From: Candidatus Kuenenia stuttgartensis
GTDB taxonomy: Bacteria; Planctomycetota; Brocadiia; Brocadiales; Brocadiaceae
Assembly: GCF_900232105.1 (NCBI RefSeq)
Contig: NZ_LT934425.1
Span: 2,880,001-2,912,000 of the forward strand
Reading direction: 5' to 3'
Length of the DNA: 32,000 nt
The translations under genes and the position numbers were made by a program. The notes below the pieces were generated by a model. That model did not search any database, was not told where the DNA came from, and was given only the letters and a program-made list of their open reading frames with translations. This document shows, piece by piece, positions 25,863-32,000 of the stretch (position 1 is the first letter of the stretch; the number at the start of each line of letters is the position of its first letter).

Positions 25863-26924
25863 ATGGCAAGAGAAATGAGATTAGGAGGAAAAGAAAGAAT
25901 GAAGACAGGAGTAGTGAAAATAGGATTAGTTGCGGCCCTGGGGGTAGTGGGGCTGATATCGGCGGGCGGCGTATATGCCGGTCAGCCGCGGGTAATTTCC
26001 ACGATCCAGACGGGAGCTACGTGGGAACCGCTGGGAAGGGAAGAACCTTTGACGGTGCCGGAAGTGCATTTTCGTGTAAAGCATTCACCTTTTAAGAGTG
26101 AGCTGGTAAGATACGGGCAGTTCCAGTTTAACGATGCAGCGTGGAGTTTGCAGGGATCATACTCATGCGCCAGTTGTCATTATGAGAGAGGCCAGACAAC
26201 CGGTTTGATTTGGGATTTGGGAGATGAAGGATGGGGTAGCTGGAAGAACACGAAGTATATTCGTGGCGGCCGATATCTTCCTCCGTTCAGGCATGAGGGG
26301 TTCACTGGTCATCCTGATGAAATAGTAGGGGCAACCAGTTCACTTGACAGGGTATGTGGAAGGGATCCTGGATTTGTGTTCAGGAGTGAGAATTTTTCTC
26401 CGATGAGATTAGAGGCGCTCATTTGTTACATCAGGGCGTTGGAATTTACCGGGAGTCCATTCAGGAATGCGGATGGGAGTTTAACCGAAGCCCAGAAGAG
26501 GGGTCAGAAGATATTTGAGGATCCGAAGGTAGGATGTCTTGAGTGTCATCCTGGCGATCCGATGGATCCGAGGGCATTGTTCAGTGATGCACAGACGCAT
26601 GATGTAGGAACCGGCAGGGTAGGTGTAAATGGTTTCAGGTCAACACCTGGGAAGGTATTTAACATATCGGCGTTAGAGGCAGGTGAGGATCCATATGGTG
26701 TTGAGAGCAACACGCCGATCATTGGATTGGATCTTGTGAAGGAATTTGATACGCCGACATTGAGAGACATCTATGCATCAGGCACCTATTTCCATGATGG
26801 TGGTGCAAGGACATTGATGGACACCATAAACAACACGGTAAATGATAAGGACATGCATGGAAGGACGTCTCATTTAAAGCAGCAGGAGCTCCAGGATTTG
26901 GTGGAGTACCTGAAGGCGTTATAA
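25863..26924 (+). CDS. Di-haem cytochrome c peroxidase/MauG-family protein (start probably the ATG at 25899)
   Basis: Two CxxCH motifs (CASCH, CLECH) and the family block FDTPTLRDIYASGTYFHDGGARTL. A signal peptide follows the AGGAGG SD. Confidence 0.8.
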   Translation: MAREMRLGGKERMKTGVVKIGLVAALGVVGLISAGGVYAGQPRVISTIQTGATWEPLGREEPLTVPEVHFRVKHSPFKSELVRYGQFQFNDAAWSLQGSYSCASCHYERGQTTGLIWDLGDEGWGSWKNTKYIRGGRYLPPFRHEGFTGHPDEIVGATSSLDRVCGRDPGFVFRSENFSPMRLEALICYIRALEFTGSPFRNADGSLTEAQKRGQKIFEDPKVGCLECHPGDPMDPRALFSDAQTHDVGTGRVGVNGFRSTPGKVFNISALEAGEDPYGVESNTPIIGLDLVKEFDTPTLRDIYASGTYFHDGGARTLMDTINNTVNDKDMHGRTSHLKQQELQDLVEYLKAL

Positions 26925-27003
26925 GAGAGAAGTGTATGAATGTGTAGTATAAGCGATAAAAATTTAAGGACAATAAGTGAAAGGAGAAGGCCAATAGATG
27001 GGT

Positions 27004-27061
27004 AAAAGGTGTTAAACACGGGGGCATATCCATGGCAACTACGGGAAAGGGGATTTTGTAA
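27004..27061 (+). pseudogene. Orphan 3' remnant of nikR (last ~18 codons plus stop) at the duplication junction
   Basis: Identical to 19831-19888 (...KGVKHGGISMATTGKGIL*), but preceded by the sequence downstream of the cytochrome gene. Confidence 0.9.
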
Positions 27062-27192
27062 ATATGGCCTTTTCTAATCAAGCCCGGATTTCTGCACTAT
27101 GCTTGCATAGCGGCAAACATGGATACAATGAGAACGGGTTTCCTTCTGCCATTGCAAAAAAACATCCCGGAATATTCGTGATATTATTTTTT

Positions 27193-27220
27193 TTGTGCTA
27201 TGCAATAGCACGAGTATATT
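27193..27220 (+). promoter_or_regulatory. Second copy of the candidate cbiM promoter and 7-3-7 palindrome
   Basis: Identical to 20020-20047. The palindrome is at 27195-27211. Confidence 0.4.
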
Positions 27221-27252
27221 ATACGTACTACTGGTAACCGGAGGAGACATTT

Positions 27253-27858
27253 TTGCATATTAGCGACGGAGTACTTTCTCCCTACATTGTCATTACCGGA
27301 TGGGCTGTTGCAGCCCCTTCGTTAGCGATGTCGGTAAAAAGCCTGAAACCTGACAAAGTCGGTGCATACGGAGTAATTGCCGCTGTTTTTTTTGCAGGTT
27401 CGACAATCCACATACCCCTTGGACCTTTCAGCATGCATCTTGTCCTCAATGGTATTGCAGGACTTTTACTGGGATGGAGCGCTGTAACCGTAATAACGGT
27501 AGGCCTTTTGCTGCAGGCTTTGTTCCTTGGTTTTGGAGGATTGACTGTGTTGGGGGTAAATATTGCTGTTATGGCGTTGCCTGGCGCGATTATCGGCATG
27601 CTTGGACGCCATTGGATGAAACAGTTTTCAGCGAAAAAACGGCCATGGATAGGATCGTTCGCGGGTGGCGGTGCTGTATGTATTTCGTCCGTTTTACTCT
27701 TTGTTGCGCTTTCTACAACCCATGCGGCGCTGGCGCCCCTTGCCAAACTGGTTTTTTGGGGACATGTTCCTGTCATACTTGTTGAAGGCGTTATCAGTTA
27801 TTGGCTGGTACACTTTTTGCAAAAAGCAAAACCTTCGTTATTAGGAATTTTACATTGA
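27253..27858 (+). CDS. cbiM: CbiM/NikM (copy 2)
   Basis: Its protein is identical to that of 20080-20685. Confidence 0.9.
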   Translation: MHISDGVLSPYIVITGWAVAAPSLAMSVKSLKPDKVGAYGVIAAVFFAGSTIHIPLGPFSMHLVLNGIAGLLLGWSAVTVITVGLLLQALFLGFGGLTVLGVNIAVMALPGAIIGMLGRHWMKQFSAKKRPWIGSFAGGGAVCISSVLLFVALSTTHAALAPLAKLVFWGHVPVILVEGVISYWLVHFLQKAKPSLLGILH

Positions 27859-28271
27859 AAGCTTTCTTATTCGTTTTTTTTTGTATCTTTTTTTCGGTGC
27901 CTTTAGCGGTATATGCACACGGACTTTCTCTTTTTTCTAAGGAGAAAACATTGTATGCATCTTACAGCGATCATACACCTGCCTCAGGAGCAAAGGTTGT
28001 TCTTGTGGATGCAAATGGCGTAATAATTCTTCAGGATAAAATGGATGAAAAGGGGATATGGAAGTTGCCGGAGAATTTGGAAACAATACCTCACTTAATC
28101 ATTGTAGATGATTCCGGAGGTCATCGTGCAATGATAACATGGGAGGAATTTCTTAAAGAACGCCCAAAGGGGTTGTTAGACATTTTAAGTATCCGCGTGG
28201 TAATTGGAGTCATGTTCATTATCGGCGGCGGTTATGCCATACAACGGTTTTTATTAAAAAAAAAGACATAA
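27855..28271 (+). CDS. CbiN/NikL-type auxiliary component: N-terminal signal/TM, ~75-aa periplasmic beta-rich domain, C-terminal TM (intact copy)
   Basis: A TTG at 27855 overlaps the cbiM stop (TTGA). The sequence is MKAFLFVFFCIFFSVPLAVYA|HG..., then AKVVLVDANGVIILQDKMDEKGIW...DDSGGHRAM, then the C-terminal TM IRVVIGVMFIIGGGYAI. The position between M and Q matches CbiN/NikL, but it has no CbiN sequence motifs. Confidence 0.6.
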   Translation: MKAFLFVFFCIFFSVPLAVYAHGLSLFSKEKTLYASYSDHTPASGAKVVLVDANGVIILQDKMDEKGIWKLPENLETIPHLIIVDDSGGHRAMITWEEFLKERPKGLLDILSIRVVIGVMFIIGGGYAIQRFLLKKKT

Positions 28272-28991
28272 TGCCATTTTGCAAACTACAAAAATTGAAA
28301 TTGCCGCCGGCTTCTACCCGCACAGGAACGATACTGGTTTTGCTTGTACTGGTGGGTATAGGTTTGCTGAATAATTTTGGGCCTCTTGTTGTTTGCCTGT
28401 TTATGGTGTTATTGTTTGGTGTATTCACAGTTGGAAACATATTCATTGTTGTATGCCATGCAAAAGGAGTCTGGGTTTTTTTCCCTTCTCACCGGTGTAA
28501 GCCTTTTGCTAACAAAAGAGGGCAGAGCGCTTGCCCCAATCCTCATGGTCAAAATGTTTTCAATGTGGTTGTGGAGTGTAATCTGGATTAAATGGGTGGG
28601 ATTTGAACGTATTTTGTCAACCTTAGAGAAAATGGGAATACCGGCAATTTTGTTAAATGTCATTGCATTTACCACGCGTTTTTTACCTATTATGGGGGAA
28701 CGGATAAAAATGACGTTTGCCGCACAGTCTTCACGCGGTGCAAAAAAGGGGTTGCGTTCCCTGCAATTACGAAACCTTGCCGGGGGGATTGGCAGTGTGC
28801 TTTTGTCTAGTTTTGAGCAATCTGAAAATGTTGAACGTGCAATGCAATCACGCGGATTTTGCGGAACATATACTATCAGCACAGACAAAGACGAAGCGCC
28901 CTCGTATGTTGTTTTGTCTCTGATGTTTTTAATGGCTTTTTTAATTTGGACCGGAGTGATTTGCGATGTCCTGTGTGGTAAGTGTTTATAA
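28271..28991 (+). pseudogene. cbiQ: CbiQ/NikQ, frameshifted in copy 2
   Basis: A T7 run at 28486-28492 replaces the T6 run at 21304-21309. This splits the gene into ORFs 28271-28591 and 28377-28991. Confidence 0.8.
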
Positions 28992-29694
28992 CGTTACGTT
29001 TCTTTATCCGAATGGTGTGCAGGCGATATCAGGATTATCATTTTCCGTTCACCAACATGAAAAGGTGGGTCTGATCGGGCCTAGTGGCGCTGGCAAAACA
29101 ACCCTTTTTTGGCACTTAAACGGGCTTTTAAGACCACATTCGGGAGAAGTTCGTGTTTTGGACAAACCGCTTACCGGACTCAAAAATATTAATGAAGTTC
29201 GGAAGCATGTCGCCCTTACTTTTCAGCAGGTAAACGATCAGCTTTTTTGTTCTTCCGTCTGGGAGGAAATTGCATTTGGACCGAAAAATTTGTATTGGCC
29301 AAAGCAGCAGGTGGCAGACACGGTGGAAAAGTGGCTGGCGTATTTTGAATTAAATGATGTTCGGGAACGGCCGCCGCATCATTTATCGGGAGGGCAGAAG
29401 CGCAGGGTTGCACTGGCGGCAGCTATGGCGATGGAACCCGATTTGTTAATCCTCGATGAACCCGCAAACGACCTGGACCACCGTCATAGACGTAAATTAA
29501 TAACCTATCTGAAAGGATTAAGAATTGCTCTTCTGGTGGCCTCACATGATTTACGCCTGATAGAGGAATTGACCGAACGGTGCATTCTTATGGATAAAGG
29601 CAGGATTGTTGCAGACAAAACTACCGTTGAGTTGGTACATAATGAAGGTATTTTAAAAAAGTACGGGATGGAGGCAATACCGATAAAAGAATAA
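28966..29694 (+). CDS. cbiO: CbiO/NikO ATPase (copy 2)
   Basis: The protein is identical to copy 1, with one synonymous change (cca to ccc at 29463). Confidence 0.92.
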   Translation: MSCVVSVYNVTFLYPNGVQAISGLSFSVHQHEKVGLIGPSGAGKTTLFWHLNGLLRPHSGEVRVLDKPLTGLKNINEVRKHVALTFQQVNDQLFCSSVWEEIAFGPKNLYWPKQQVADTVEKWLAYFELNDVRERPPHHLSGGQKRRVALAAAMAMEPDLLILDEPANDLDHRHRRKLITYLKGLRIALLVASHDLRLIEELTERCILMDKGRIVADKTTVELVHNEGILKKYGMEAIPIKE

Positions 29695-29774
29695 ATATTT
29701 TTTTAATTATGGTGGCACGATAGTAATAAGTGTGCTATTTAATTCCCTTTATTTTGTTAAAAGGAGTTCTTGTG

Positions 29775-30782
29775 ATGAACAATCGTTTTTTTTACAGTTT
29801 TATTCTTATACTTTTTTTCTGTTGCGCAAGTAACGCTGGAAAAGTGTATGCCCATCATGGAGGCGTTTCTACCGCCTTTGGCCCTGGCGCACCTGTTGAA
29901 ACTGCATCGCCTATGACTCTCGGGAAAGGGAAATTTTTGCTTTACGAAAAAATAGAATTTGCGTCTTTTGAACAAAAGAACCATGCTGACCCTGAAAACA
30001 TTGAAAACTTTACCTTCTTTAACACATTAGCCGGCTATGGCATTACTGACTATTTATCCCTCTATCTTGTGATGCCTTATGCTATTAAAGAACAAGACTC
30101 CTTAGGCACATCGAAGGGGTTTGGTGATGCTGGATTTTTAGTACAATACGGTTTTAAGTACGGCGAGAGAAACGGGATTCGGGGTTTTTATAATAACGGC
30201 CCGGAAGATACTATTGGAGAAAGTTACACGACTAATGATCTGAAAATGTCGGTTTTAGGGGGTTTTACTGTTCAGACCGGTGATATTACAAACGAAGATA
30301 ATAATGGCAACAGGTTTGACATGGGCATGCAGACAGGTTTTGCCGCGCCAACGTTTATGACAGGTTTCTCCGCATCAAAAATGCTTTTTCAGCACTTTAC
30401 TCTTACCGGGGAGACATCATTTACCACCTTTACCCGTCATGATGACGGTAAACCTGGAAATGAGATCCGTTTCAATCTGGCCGGAGGGTATGAAATATTT
30501 GAAAATCCTCAGGGATTTTTCCAAAGGGTAGATATTATTACTGAATCAAACTTCCTCCATCTGACAAAAGATGAAGACGAACACCATCACGATGAAGATG
30601 ACAGCGGGGGAACGATTCTGTATCTTTCACCTGGCTTTCGCGTTTCTCTTAAGAAAAATATCAGTATCGGAGGGCTTCTGAAATTTCCCGTATGGAAGGA
30701 TTTGAACAGGGAATCGGAGCAACAGGGCGCTGAAGGACTTGAACACTATAGGGCAATTCTCACCGTGACATATTCTTTTTAA
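29775..30782 (+). CDS. Outer-membrane beta-barrel protein with His/Asp-rich loop (copy 2)
   Basis: Identical to 22602-23609. Confidence 0.7.
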   Translation: MNNRFFYSFILILFFCCASNAGKVYAHHGGVSTAFGPGAPVETASPMTLGKGKFLLYEKIEFASFEQKNHADPENIENFTFFNTLAGYGITDYLSLYLVMPYAIKEQDSLGTSKGFGDAGFLVQYGFKYGERNGIRGFYNNGPEDTIGESYTTNDLKMSVLGGFTVQTGDITNEDNNGNRFDMGMQTGFAAPTFMTGFSASKMLFQHFTLTGETSFTTFTRHDDGKPGNEIRFNLAGGYEIFENPQGFFQRVDIITESNFLHLTKDEDEHHHDEDDSGGTILYLSPGFRVSLKKNISIGGLLKFPVWKDLNRESEQQGAEGLEHYRAILTVTYSF

Positions 30783-30852
30783 GGACGCCAACCCTGGCAG
30801 GGTTTTCTGGTCAATAATACCTTAAACCATTTATAGAGAAGGAGGAAAAATT

Positions 30853-31422
30853 ATGCTAAAAACACGAATATGGAAAAAGCAGATGATTGCAATACTTTTT
30901 TGGGCTTGTTGTACATTTCTGTCTCATCAAAAATGCATATTTGCACATGAAGGCCATGACCACTGGAGTAATACCCCTATAACCATTAAAAGATCGACAG
31001 TAGTGCATTTGCAGTCGCTATTGGAATCATATGATCTTCTCTACAAAAAACTTATAGAGAAAGATATCCAAAATATTCCTGTATTGGCGCAAAATATTAT
31101 GGATGCTGCGCAACAGGGTGTTCAAACTGAAAATAAAGGTGAGGGGCGTTATATGATGGAACATATTTTTCAGCATGCGATATCTCTTAAAGAATGTGAA
31201 ACCCTGGAAAATGCAAAAGAATCTTTAGGGTTAATAAGCCGTGAACTGTTTCCGTTCTTTATTGCATGGCCAATGCAGCTTAAAGAAAACAAGTTAAGGC
31301 TTTATCATTGTAAAAATGATGAAAAATACTGGTTTCAGGCAGAAAATAGCGCTCCAAATTGCCCTTATGCTCACGATGAATTATCAACATGCATTATTAT
31401 TGAGGAAGTAGCGTATAAATGA
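30853..31422 (+). CDS. Exported HEGHDH helical protein (copy 2)
   Basis: Identical to 23680-24249. Confidence 0.65.
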   Translation: MLKTRIWKKQMIAILFWACCTFLSHQKCIFAHEGHDHWSNTPITIKRSTVVHLQSLLESYDLLYKKLIEKDIQNIPVLAQNIMDAAQQGVQTENKGEGRYMMEHIFQHAISLKECETLENAKESLGLISRELFPFFIAWPMQLKENKLRLYHCKNDEKYWFQAENSAPNCPYAHDELSTCIIIEEVAYK

Positions 31423-31829
31423 ATTGAACGACCATCTTTGCTTTAGAAAAACATGACAGTCTTATGACACCGTGTGCCCATAATTGGTCACTGTTTATAT
31501 CAAGCCTTGCAGGATAGATGCGACTTTGTGTCTTAAGAAAAAAAACCGATGCGTGACCATTTATAGTCTTTCTGCGTTCTCATGTACTAATTGCATCTTT
31601 TTTGTGCTGTAATCGTAACATATTTAACAGTAGTAGCTTGTGCTTTCTTTGGTTGTGGTGGTCGTGTTGTTTTTTTCGAAATGGCGCACTTCTTGCTAAG
31701 TGTTGTTACATACAAAGTGTTTTGTTGTGTATTATTTTGCGCAGAATTTTTTACGGAAGGGGGGTGAATGTACGGACGCATTTAAGTGTAAAAGCAGAAA
31801 TTTTCGTGAGTTAGGATTGAGCAGATGTT

Positions 31830-32000
31830 ATGAATTTTGAAGGAGGTAAGCGAAGAATTATGATACGAAAGGGAATGATAGGAGCGGTGATGCTTGGAGC
31901 TGCGGTAGCGATAAGTGGCGGAGTAGCGACTGCGGGGTATATACAGGGTACGCATGTAAAGACGGATTTACCCGGGCCGTTTCACATAACGATGTCGCCG
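31830..32000 (+). CDS. YVTN beta-propeller protein, copy 2, 5' part (runs off the window)
   Basis: Identical to 24657-24827. Confidence 0.8.
   Translation, partial: MNFEGGKRRIMIRKGMIGAVMLGAAVAISGGVATAGYIQGTHVKTDLPGPFHITMSP

Larger units (their letters stand above)
19831..27003. repeat. Unit 1 of a head-to-tail duplication (7173-bp period)
   Basis: Sequence from 19831 reappears from 27004. ORF pairs are offset by 7173, for example 20080/27253, 21793/28966, 22557/29730, 23680/30853 and 24657/31830. Confidence 0.97.
27004..32000. repeat. Unit 2 of the 7173-bp head-to-tail duplication (continues beyond the window)
   Basis: Near-identical to 19831-24827. The differences I found are the extra G at 20886, G/A at 20910/28082, T6 (21304-21309) against T7 (28486-28492), and A/C at 22290/29463. 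Confidence 0.97.

Overview
This is a low-GC bacterial chromosomal segment. Its gene content and style would fit a planctomycete or anammox-like organism, but that is only a guess. It has four blocks.

(1) 1-2.1 kb: the 3' part of trpB, then trpA, then a 161-bp MITE-like cassette and a small ORF.

(2) 2.25-11.5 kb: a transposon graveyard.
- A 5'-truncated IS1634-type transposase gene.
- A roughly 3.8-kb four-gene Mu/Tn552-like element: a Zn-ribbon protein, a frameshifted HTH+rve+Mu-C transposase, an ExeA/TniB-like AAA+ ATPase and a CHC2 zinc-finger protein. Its coding strand is strikingly C-rich and G-poor.
- An N-terminal stub of another transposase.
- An apparently intact IS1634-type gene.
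- An IS4-superfamily transposase gene split by an ISL3 element with clear terminal inverted repeats.

(3) 11.7-19.2 kb, all on the minus strand:
- Exported coiled-coil and TPR proteins and small membrane proteins.
- mgtE, a DUF362/2x[4Fe-4S] protein and an M50 site-2 protease.

(4) From 19.4 kb:
- nikR, followed by an ECF-type Ni/Co uptake operon (cbiM, a 2-TM auxiliary gene, cbiQ, cbiO).
- A beta-barrel outer-membrane protein with a His/Asp-rich loop.
- A periplasmic HEGHDH protein.
- A YVTN beta-propeller protein and a di-haem cytochrome c peroxidase-like protein.

The most unusual structure is a head-to-tail duplication with a 7173-bp period.
- Unit 1 is 19831-27003. Unit 2 starts at 27004 and runs off the window.
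- The left breakpoint lies inside nikR.
- I found four differences between the copies. Two are frameshifts, and they hit different transporter genes in the two copies.

I saw no rRNA, tRNA or CRISPR array.
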